Source of the DNA: Planctopirus limnophila DSM 3776
Lineage (GTDB): Bacteria > Planctomycetota > Planctomycetia > Planctomycetales > Planctomycetaceae
Length of the DNA: 32,000 nt
Direction: 5' to 3'
Assembly: GCF_000092105.1 (NCBI RefSeq)
Contig: NC_014148.1
Coordinates: forward strand, 840,001 to 872,000
The position numbers were made by a program, and so were the translations under genes. Below the pieces are notes generated by a model that did not search any database, was not told where the DNA came from, and saw only the letters and a list, made by a program, of their open reading frames with translations. Shown here one piece after another: positions 15,742 through 23,384 of the stretch; position 1 is the stretch's first letter; every line of letters starts with the position of its first letter.

Positions 15742-17058
15742 GTGACTTCACCGGTGATTCGCGAAAGGACAGAAAGATCTCAGCACCTCGATGATCGCTT
15801 GGCTTCTCGAATCATGGTGCGCGAAATGATTTCTTCCCGGTTGCTTCCTGAAACGATTGACGACGGCGTGACGATTGCCGACTTTTCTGGTGAGTATGCT
15901 TTGCCAGCGATTGAAGTTTCCGTGGTGATGCCCTGTCTGAATGAAGAGCGGACAGTTGTGGTTTGCGTTGAAAAGGCCCTCCAGACCATGAGCCGACTGG
16001 GTGTCATGGGCGAAGTGGTGATTGCCGACAATGGATCAACGGACAAGAGCGTTGAACTGGCGACCGAGGCTGGTGCGCGAGTGGTGCATCAGTCGCAGAA
16101 AGGATACGGCAGCGCTCTCCAGAAGGGATTTGAAGAAGCCCGCGGCAAATTCATCATTATGGGTGACTGCGACGACAGCTATGATTTCACCGATCTGGAG
16201 CGGTACATCGAGGAACTTCGTGGCGGTGCCGATCTGGTGATGGGCAATCGTCTCAAAGGTGAAATCAAGCCTGGGGCGATGCCACCACTTCATCGCTATT
16301 TTGGCAACCCGGTGCTGAGTGGCTTTTTGAATCTGCTCTTTCGCACGGGAGTGGGTGACTGTCACTGCGGAATGAGAGGTTTTCGTAAAGAGGCTTACCA
16401 GTCGCTGGGCTGTCATATGCCGGGGATGGAGTTTGCCAGTGAGATGGTCATCAAGGCCAGCAAGGCTCGACTGAAAATCCGTGAGATACCGATTGTGCTC
16501 TCGCCCGATGGGCGAGATCGACCACCTCATCTGCGAAGTTTTCGAGATGGCTGGCGACATCTCAAGCTGATTCTGATGTACTCGCCTTCGTTCCTGTTCC
16601 TATTGCCTGCAGTGGTGATGATCGCTCTGGGACTGTTGGCTGCCCCTGTGGCTTTGTTAGCTGGTTATGGAACCTACGAGACCATTTTCGGCCCGAACTT
16701 TCTGATTATGGCGGCCTTCATGGCGGTTGCCGGAGCACAGATTTTCTTCCTCGGTTTGATTGCCCGTCTGCAGGCTCATCGGGTCGATCCGGTGTTTGCC
16801 AGTCCGCGTATGGATTGGCTGTTGAGAACGTTTTCGGTGGAGCGAGGATTGATCAGTGGTGGCGTGATTTCACTGATCGGACTCGGTCTGACAATCCCTG
16901 TCGTCAGCGAATGGTTTCGCTCGGGAACTGTGTCTCAACCGGCATTGTGGATTCTCTCGGGAACGTTGCTCGTACTGGGCACCCAGACCATGTTTGGCTC
17001 GTTTCTGATTGGTATCCTCGAATTGCAGATTGAGCGTTCCAAGCAAAAGAAACTCTAG
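15742..17058 (+). CDS. GT2 glycosyltransferase with C-terminal transmembrane domain, polyprenyl-phosphate sugar synthase-like (GtrB/Ppm1/ArnC architecture)
   Basis: VSVVMPCLNEE, VIADNGSTDKS, GYGSALQKG, MGDCDDSYD (DxD), HRYFGNPVLS and DCHCGMRGFRKE, followed by about four hydrophobic helices (FLFLLPAVVMIALGLLAAPVALLAGY.. to ..LVLGTQTMFGSFLIGIL). The start is uncertain: GTG 15742 or ATG 15814. Confidence 0.85.
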   Translation: MTSPVIRERTERSQHLDDRLASRIMVREMISSRLLPETIDDGVTIADFSGEYALPAIEVSVVMPCLNEERTVVVCVEKALQTMSRLGVMGEVVIADNGSTDKSVELATEAGARVVHQSQKGYGSALQKGFEEARGKFIIMGDCDDSYDFTDLERYIEELRGGADLVMGNRLKGEIKPGAMPPLHRYFGNPVLSGFLNLLFRTGVGDCHCGMRGFRKEAYQSLGCHMPGMEFASEMVIKASKARLKIREIPIVLSPDGRDRPPHLRSFRDGWRHLKLILMYSPSFLFLLPAVVMIALGLLAAPVALLAGYGTYETIFGPNFLIMAAFMAVAGAQIFFLGLIARLQAHRVDPVFASPRMDWLLRTFSVERGLISGGVISLIGLGLTIPVVSEWFRSGTVSQPALWILSGTLLVLGTQTMFGSFLIGILELQIERSKQKKL

Positions 17059-17142
17059 TCGTCCGCAGATTGAGCAAGACTCATTGAGCATCTGAGTTAA
17101 ATCCATCGAGTCTTGCTGAGTGGCTGAATCGAACAACTTGAT

Positions 17143-18681
17143 TCAATTGCCATTCATCCGGCGAATGTCGTCGTTCCAGGCTCGGTTTTCTCGAATGGCC
17201 TCTTTCGTTCCTTCGCTCAAGCCACCACCAAAACCTTCCCAGGCAGGTTGATTGGAACTGGGCATGCTTTTGGAAATTTCATCCAGAGCATTCATGACTT
17301 TTCCCATCTGCTCAGCGAACTGACCGATCATTTGCATCTCGGCCAGATTACCGGCCTCGGCTGCTGGGAGATCCTTTTTTGCCTGTGCATACCCGGCGTC
17401 AGCCGCTTTACGAATCCAGAGTGCGGCTGTCTTGTCGTTTCGTTTGACGCCATCGCCATAGGCAAAGCATAAGCCGTATTCGTACATTCCTTCGGGGTAG
17501 CCCAGATCGGCGGATTTGCGAACCCAGGCGGCATAGGTCTTGAAGTTCTGCTTCACTCCACCCCGGCCCATCGCAAAAAACTTGGCGGCATGGAGCATCG
17601 CTAACGGATTACCGGCATTGGCACTCTGGAGGAAGTATTCAAGAGCCTTCTTTTCATCGAGGGTAACGCCAGTCCCAGTGACATACAGGACTCCCATCGT
17701 ATTGAGGGCATCGGGCTGCCCCAGTTTGGCGGCCTTCTCGTACCACTCGATCGCTTTCGGAAGATCACGAGGGAGTGCCTGGTTATTCAGGTAGAGATCG
17801 CCTAGTCGCTTCATGGCCAGGGCGTTGCCGCGATCTGCCGCTGTGCGGTAATGCGTCTGACAGGTCTGCACATTCTTGGCCACACCTGATCCCAGCAAGT
17901 AGCAATCGGCCAGTCCCACCATGCCATTCGTATCATTCGCAGCTGCGGCTTTTCGATACCATTCAACGGCTGACGATGGATTGGCAGATGTCCCGACACC
18001 TTCGCGATACATATGGCCGAGCAAAGTCATCGCTTCGGGATCTTGAAGTTCAGCAGCTTGTTTCATCCAGCGAAATGATTCGGCTGCATCCACCTTTTTC
18101 GAGCGGCTGTCAATCAATACCGCAGCTAATGTGACCATGGCGTCGGCGTGATTTTTGGCTGCTGCTTCCCGGAGCAGTTCTTCGCCTTTGGCCCAGTTTT
18201 TTGTGACTCCTTTGCCTTCCAGATAGCAGCGGGCCAGGTTGGTTTGACCCGTCAGATTGCCTGTGGCTGCCGACTGGCGATAGAGGTCAAACGCTTTGGT
18301 CGATTCGGCTTTAACGCCACGGCCAAAGTGGTACATATTCCCCAACAAGGAGAGCGCCCTGCCGTCTTTGGCATCGGCAGCTTTCTTGAAGAGTTCAAAG
18401 GCTTTCGAGTCATCTTTGGAAACACCAATCCCATCGAGATAACAGAGTCCCAATTCGATATGAGCTTCGATGTTCCCTTTTCTGCTGAGCGATTGGAAGA
18501 TCTCGAAGGCCTGCTGCTGATCGGCCGCCGCCTTCGATGTGACCAAGCGTTTGCCTTCTGCCAGAGAGGGCGTTCCCTGAGCAGCTTGTAGCGTACTGGT
18601 GATGCCGACAAGACCCACGACGGCCATCAACCACAGGCCGGCCATCAACCCACGGAATCTGCTGTTTGACTTTTTTCTCAT
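17143..18681 (-). CDS. Secreted Sel1-like repeat (SLR) protein, about 10 repeats
   Basis: Start chosen at ATG 18681, giving the signal peptide MRKKSNSRFRGLMAGLWLMAVVGLVGITSTLQA. Ten units of the LGxxYxxGxGVxxDxxKAxxWYxKAA type were counted by eye. Confidence 0.85.
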   Translation of the reverse strand: MRKKSNSRFRGLMAGLWLMAVVGLVGITSTLQAAQGTPSLAEGKRLVTSKAAADQQQAFEIFQSLSRKGNIEAHIELGLCYLDGIGVSKDDSKAFELFKKAADAKDGRALSLLGNMYHFGRGVKAESTKAFDLYRQSAATGNLTGQTNLARCYLEGKGVTKNWAKGEELLREAAAKNHADAMVTLAAVLIDSRSKKVDAAESFRWMKQAAELQDPEAMTLLGHMYREGVGTSANPSSAVEWYRKAAAANDTNGMVGLADCYLLGSGVAKNVQTCQTHYRTAADRGNALAMKRLGDLYLNNQALPRDLPKAIEWYEKAAKLGQPDALNTMGVLYVTGTGVTLDEKKALEYFLQSANAGNPLAMLHAAKFFAMGRGGVKQNFKTYAAWVRKSADLGYPEGMYEYGLCFAYGDGVKRNDKTAALWIRKAADAGYAQAKKDLPAAEAGNLAEMQMIGQFAEQMGKVMNALDEISKSMPSSNQPAWEGFGGGLSEGTKEAIRENRAWNDDIRRMNGN

Positions 18682-18851
18682 GTTCTCTCCCGGCGATTCG
18701 TGAATGCTCAATCGACTGATGCAACTCTGCGCTTTCCTGACGCTATGACATGCGAGAAGCAGGAATCATCTGTGCCAGAATTTTCCAGGATTTTCCAGAT
18801 TTGCCGGAAAATGTGATCTCGATTCAGCTGAGTGAGATCATTGAACATCAT

Positions 18852-18895
18852 GAAAAACAGCAAACGCCCGATCCTGCTGGTGAGGATCGGGCGTT
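18852..18895 (-). terminator. Rho-independent terminator of the S41 protease gene
   Basis: Perfect 12-bp stem (18863-18874 AACGCCCGATCC / 18884-18895 GGATCGGGCGTT) with a 9-nt loop. On the minus strand it is followed by TGCTGTTTTTC. It lies 42 nt after the protease stop. Confidence 0.75.
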
Positions 18896-18936
18896 CTTAG
18901 AATTCGCTGTTTGGAGAGGAACTGGAAGTTGCCAGT

Positions 18937-20580
18937 TTACCTGCGGGCGAGTTGCCTGCGTAGGGAGTTCATCCCTGCCGCGAGATCCTGATCGTCTTCG
19001 GGATTTTCATTTCGCAGGCCGCGATAGGCGGTTAACTGTTCTGAACTTGCTGGCACTTGGACATCGGGTTCAACACCAATTTTTCCGTAAGTGTTGCCAT
19101 TGGGCGAGTAGAACTTGGCCGTTGTGAGCCGAAGACCTGTCGAAGCTCGACCGGGAAGAATGCTTTGGACGCTCCACTTGCCATAGGTTTTGCGGCCGAC
19201 CAGCACACCGCGGCCATGGTCGTGAATGGCACCGGCGACAATTTCGCTGGCACTCGCACTATCGCCGTCGACAAGAATGACGAGTGGAACATTCCAATCA
19301 TTACCGCGAGTGGCGGTGTAGCTCCAGTTTTGATCCTGTGTGCGACCTTTGGTGGAAACAATCATACCGTCATCAAGGAAGCGGTCGAGAACTTCGACAG
19401 CCGCTGTCAGGAGACCACCCGGGTTGCCTCGCAAATCCCAGATGAGCGCCTGCATTCCCTGGCTGCGGAGATCTTTCAGTGCCGCATCGAGTTCAGCGGC
19501 TGAGTTCTTCTGGAAGCCAGTCATCTTGATGTAGCCAATCCCGTTCGCAGGATCGACAATTCGCACAATGGGGATGCTCTTCACCTTAACGGCCCGGCGG
19601 CTCAGCTCGGTCTGGCGGATCTGTTCTGTGCGTGGATTTTTCAGATCGAGACGCACACGGCTATCGGGAGTTCCCTGCAGATGCTGGGCTGCTTCTTCAG
19701 TACTCATATTGAGGCAGTTGATCCCATCAATCGCGACGATGTAGTCGCCCGGGGCAGCACCACCTTCTTCGGCTGGACTCTCGCTGAGGACGTTGATCAA
19801 CAGCATCCCTTTACCAGCTTCGGCCTTCATTTCAATGCCGATCCCGACGAATTCACCTTCGATATTGCTGTAGAGATCATCCAGGCGGCCAGGTGTCAGG
19901 AAGCTGCTGTATTCATCAAGGGCATTGCAGCCACCGAAGACATACTCCATGACAATCGCACCGGGCGCGATTCGCAGTTCGGAATAGGCAGAGCGTGCGA
20001 CTTCGGTCACAACCATGCGGGCTTCTTCCATGCTGCTACAAGGACGATTCCAGTAGCGATCACGAAGCATGGCACGGAAGGCACCAATGGATCTTTGCGA
20101 GGCGGAGGAGACATTCTTCGCGAGAAATTTTTCGTTGGTGAGAGCGACGTAAAGACTCTCTGTGCCGTGGGCGATAAATGCAGTGGGGCTAATCGTATCA
20201 ACATAGTATTTGCGAACTTTGAGCAGTGCGTCATCGAGGAAGACTAGCGATTCGTCGAGTGATGAGGCGGTCAGTCCGTCGGTATAGCTTTTGTCGGCAT
20301 AGCGACGATCGACCGAGAACTGAATGCGAGTTCGTCTGAGGCCGTATTTGAGCTGGGGATTTTCTGGCCACTGTTTGAGGGCCTTCTCGTACAGGCCGAT
20401 GGCGTCCACCCACTGTCGACTTCTTTCGAAATCAGCCGCGCGCTCGATGGCGGCTTTCTCAGTGGCTGGTTCGCTTTCTGTTGCTTGAGCCGTCGGGGCG
20501 AATGCCACGGACCAGCCCAATGCCAGAAATGCGAGATAAGTCCAAACGGAATTTGAGCGCAGTCCAAATGGTGGATGCAC
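18937..20580 (-). CDS. Secreted S41 family C-terminal processing peptidase (PDZ + S41 domain) with a TPR-like N-terminal region
   Basis: Signal peptide MHPPFGLRSNSVWTYLAFLALGWSVAFAPTAQA (GTG start). PDZ-like GIGIEMKAEAGKGMLLINVLSESPAEEGG..GDYIVAIDG. S41 core DLRGNPGG, VDGDSASASEIVAGAI (nucleophile Ser) and GRKTYGKWSVQ (Lys). Confidence 0.9.
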   Translation of the reverse strand: MHPPFGLRSNSVWTYLAFLALGWSVAFAPTAQATESEPATEKAAIERAADFERSRQWVDAIGLYEKALKQWPENPQLKYGLRRTRIQFSVDRRYADKSYTDGLTASSLDESLVFLDDALLKVRKYYVDTISPTAFIAHGTESLYVALTNEKFLAKNVSSASQRSIGAFRAMLRDRYWNRPCSSMEEARMVVTEVARSAYSELRIAPGAIVMEYVFGGCNALDEYSSFLTPGRLDDLYSNIEGEFVGIGIEMKAEAGKGMLLINVLSESPAEEGGAAPGDYIVAIDGINCLNMSTEEAAQHLQGTPDSRVRLDLKNPRTEQIRQTELSRRAVKVKSIPIVRIVDPANGIGYIKMTGFQKNSAAELDAALKDLRSQGMQALIWDLRGNPGGLLTAAVEVLDRFLDDGMIVSTKGRTQDQNWSYTATRGNDWNVPLVILVDGDSASASEIVAGAIHDHGRGVLVGRKTYGKWSVQSILPGRASTGLRLTTAKFYSPNGNTYGKIGVEPDVQVPASSEQLTAYRGLRNENPEDDQDLAAGMNSLRRQLARR

Positions 20581-21274
20581 CTTGAAGCCCCCCTCAAGGA
20601 TCGAACAAGAACGTCGGCAATCGGAGAAGGCTTTGCGCTACCCGCGTGGCAAAACCTTCTTCAGACAGCGTGACGAGTGGAAGTGGGCAACAGCAATGTT
20701 TCTTTAATGAAACTTCTGTTGTCCGTACAAAACGACTATAGGTCGCCCCGTGCACAGGTCAAACTGGATTCCTCTTGCCAATTTTCGCTCTTTGTAAGAA
20801 CCGTCACAAACGGACAGCAGCTCATTGATTCTTGGGAAATCTGCCTGATGAGACTCAATATTTCGAGCAACGATTTCAATCGTTGTTCGAAATGTTCGAA
20901 TCCTTCAGCAGACGTCCTATGAAAACAACTGCTCCCTGAAGCCTGGGCCTATTCAGCGGTCTGCGGTCGAGTCAAACTGGCGATATCAATGAGCGATACG
21001 ATGGCCTGCTGACCATCGACCGCCTTTTCGAAATGGGTGCCATCAAACAGGGATCTTCGACCCAAGGTCTCGTACCGCTGGAATATGCTCCTTCCTTGGC
21101 AAACGTCATGTCCGCAAGAGATGTCAGCAAGTCACGTTCCGCAGTGGGGCGATCGAGCAGCTTGCCGATTTGTCGTCAGCGGACCGGCCAACTTAAGTTC
21201 TGACTCCACAATCGGAAGCGAATCATCGTATAATCTGTCAAAAATGTGTTCTTCTCGGGACCCGGAAAGTCTAC

Positions 21275-22207
21275 ATGCCTGCTCAGGATTACTATTCAGC
21301 ACTTGGTGTAACAAAAACTGCAACGGCTGATGAGATTCGCAAGACCTATCGCAAGCTGGCTCGCGAGTACCATCCCGATGCCCGTCCGGGGGATGCTGCG
21401 GCTGCCCAGAAGTTCAAAGAGATCCAGGAAGCCTACGACGTCATTGGAGACGAAGAGAAGCGTCGCAAGTACGATCAGTTAGGGCACGATTTCTACAAAG
21501 CCTCCAATGGCGAAGGCGGCGCAAACCCCTACGGTCGTTCACCTTTTGGCGGAGGTGGAGCCGGTGGTGCATCGGCAGTTGATCTGGAAGAACTTCTCGG
21601 TGGCTTTGGCTTTGGTGGTTTTGGTGGCGGCGCCAGAGCAGGTCGTGGGGAAGGTGGCAGGACTCGAAGATCTGCACCGCGCGATATTGAAATGTCTGTG
21701 ACCGTTCCCTTTGAAAAGGCCATTCTTGGCGGAAAGATCGATGTCCATCTTTCGCATTTAAATGGTGGAGAAAACGTCTCGGTCTCAGTTCCGGCAGGGA
21801 TTGAGACTGGCAAGAAGATTCGTCTGGGAGGAATGGGCCCGGAGAATCAGGGTGACGTGCTGCTGGATGTCTTTGTCGCGCCCCACAAATTTTTCCGTCG
21901 TGAAAACCGGGATATTCTCGTCGATCTTCCACTGACGCCGGCTGAAGCAGCGCTCGGTTGTAAGGCCGATGTCCCCACATTGGCTGATGGCATGATTACT
22001 CTGACCATCCCGCCCGGCACATCTTCTGGTGCACGTTTACGAGTCCGGGGAAAAGGGGTGGCAGCGACGAAAACGGCGACGGCTGGCGACCAGTTTGTCG
22101 TGATCAAGATCGTGGTTCCTAAGTCATTAACTGCTGAAGAGAGAGAACTTTACGAAAAATTGAAGCTCGTCGGTCAGGCCGCTCCCCGTGACGGAATCTG
22201 GATATGA
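21275..22207 (+). CDS. J-domain co-chaperone, type II (CbpA/DnaJ-like without Zn finger)
   Basis: DYYSALGV...IRKTYRKLAREYHPD (HPD motif), a G/F-rich linker (GGFGFGGFGGG) and C-terminal substrate-binding domains. No CxxCxGxG repeats are present. Confidence 0.85.
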   Translation: MPAQDYYSALGVTKTATADEIRKTYRKLAREYHPDARPGDAAAAQKFKEIQEAYDVIGDEEKRRKYDQLGHDFYKASNGEGGANPYGRSPFGGGGAGGASAVDLEELLGGFGFGGFGGGARAGRGEGGRTRRSAPRDIEMSVTVPFEKAILGGKIDVHLSHLNGGENVSVSVPAGIETGKKIRLGGMGPENQGDVLLDVFVAPHKFFRRENRDILVDLPLTPAEAALGCKADVPTLADGMITLTIPPGTSSGARLRVRGKGVAATKTATAGDQFVVIKIVVPKSLTAEERELYEKLKLVGQAAPRDGIWI

Positions 22208-22884
22208 ACAGAGCTGTGGATGGTCTCTGGAAACGTCCAATTCCCGGACCAGCGTCTGTCGATATAAATGCTGCGCCAGCGACTAAAACTGATGGGCAAA
22301 GAAGTTGGTGGCTTCTTGCTGTGCTGCTGTTATTGGGTTCTCATCCACTGCCGGCTGCCCCTGGTGCAGAACAATCTACCGTCGATCCAGTCCAACGGGC
22401 GTCTGAACAACCCATAGAACTCGTCGAACCGGCAGAATCACTTCTCCCATCAGAGAATGGTGTAAAATCTGCCGTGAACCAGGCGGGTGGAGAGACTGGT
22501 GACACCCAAGAGGCTCGTGATAACGGGGAGGCGGCGAGATCCCGTTTATTAGCAGATGACGTTAAGCGAAAGCAGTTGCGAGCGAAGGCGTGGGCCGGGT
22601 TGGTCGCGCTGGCTGGAATTCTGATAGCCGGTGGGATGCTGATCCTGTTAACGCTTGTCGGGGCTCGGCGGCTGAAGCGGTTGAACCGTCGTCCACTTCC
22701 TCAGCAGCATCGGATTCCAGAATACTGGTTTATCAATAAATCTCCTCCTGTGTTGCCCCCTGGTGCTCAGAAAAGTTCTGCGAATCAGGAACTTTCCAGT
22801 GGCTCATCGCCTGGCAATCAGGAAAAAGTTTCTCCACCAATTCTCGAAGATGACCGACCCACCCCTCCGGATCATGGGGCGTAA
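22204..22884 (+). CDS. Hypothetical membrane-anchored protein, translationally coupled to the J-protein
   Basis: Its ATG overlaps the upstream stop (ATGA at 22204-22207). Two hydrophobic segments are present (WWLLAVLLLLGS; AWAGLVALAGILIAGGMLILLTLVGA followed by RRLKRLNRR). The rest is acidic or Pro-rich low complexity, and I recognise no family. Confidence 0.5.
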   Translation: MNRAVDGLWKRPIPGPASVDINAAPATKTDGQRSWWLLAVLLLLGSHPLPAAPGAEQSTVDPVQRASEQPIELVEPAESLLPSENGVKSAVNQAGGETGDTQEARDNGEAARSRLLADDVKRKQLRAKAWAGLVALAGILIAGGMLILLTLVGARRLKRLNRRPLPQQHRIPEYWFINKSPPVLPPGAQKSSANQELSSGSSPGNQEKVSPPILEDDRPTPPDHGA

Positions 22885-22979
22885 ATTTCAGTTTCCCATC
22901 AACTGAAAGTGAAGATCTGTCTTAAACCGCAGCTGGCAAGAGCCGCTTTTCCCGGTTGAAGTGATCTTCGTCCGTCAAC

Positions 22980-23008
22980 TTGCAGCGCACATTCCTCTTC
23001 CCTATACT
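22980..23008 (+). promoter_or_regulatory. Putative sigma70-type promoter for tRNA-Phe
   Basis: TTGCAG (22980-22985), a 17-nt spacer, then TATACT (23003-23008), about 47 nt upstream of the mature tRNA 5' end. This is a consensus match only, and promoter rules in this phylum are poorly known. Confidence 0.35.
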
Positions 23009-23054
23009 CATCCCCGTAGTACGCAAGCGCCAGATTTGATGCTTGGTTTTGCAT

Positions 23055-23127
23055 GGCTAGGTAGCTCAGTTGGTAGAGCACAGGACTGAAAATCCTGGTG
23101 TCGCCGGTTCGATCCCGGCCCTAGCCA
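23055..23127 (+). tRNA. tRNA-Phe (anticodon GAA)
   Basis: 73-nt cloverleaf: acceptor GGCTAGG/CCTAGCC, D-arm GCTC-AGTTGGTA-GAGC, anticodon stem CAGGA/TCCTG with loop CTGAAAA, T-arm GCCGG-TTCGATC-CCGGC and discriminator A. The 3' CCA is not encoded. Confidence 0.95.
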
Positions 23128-23384
23128 TTTTCTTTTATGCGTCTCGCCAAATGCTTCCGGCGATCGATGCTTGCTCGTGTTCCCCACTGCTCCTGTCTGT
23201 CGAGCTTTGGGTGAGTCTAAAACGTGATCAACCTGCGTGTGATTCTCTCGCCCGACGTTCTGTTGAGCGGTACTCATCGACGAGTTGCCCTCGATCTTTG
23301 CTGGGGAAAGCTGGAATCCATCAATGAGTGTGGATATATTGAGGTGGTGTGTCGCAATGACTTTCCTGCCTCAATGATCCCACC

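Noticed and set aside
18772-18777. TGGCAC on the minus strand upstream of the Sel1 gene as a sigma54 -24 element
   Set aside because: The required GC of the -12 element is not at the GG-N10-GC spacing (the next TGC is 13 nt away), and no enhancer-binding protein gene is nearby.
21132-21134. In-frame TGA in the long minus-strand frame as a selenocysteine codon
   Set aside because: I could fold no SECIS-like hairpin immediately downstream (only a direct GACAT repeat). The frame also contains a TAG and lacks a credible start.
21100-21274. CIRCE/HrcA operator or sigma32 promoter upstream of the J-protein gene
   Set aside because: I found no TTAGCACTC-N9-GAGTGCTAA-like inverted repeat. A perfect TATAAT at 21229-21234 exists but has no convincing -35 at 16-18 nt, so I did not call a promoter.
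20677-21330. Plus-strand ORFs 20677-20922 (81 aa) and 21037-21330 (97 aa)
   Set aside because: They have no motifs, an odd composition and no SD. The second overlaps the J-protein start in another frame.
23008-23327. ORFs overlapping the tRNA (23008-23277 minus, 23070-23327 plus)
   Set aside because: They run through a canonical tRNA gene and its flanks and have no protein features.
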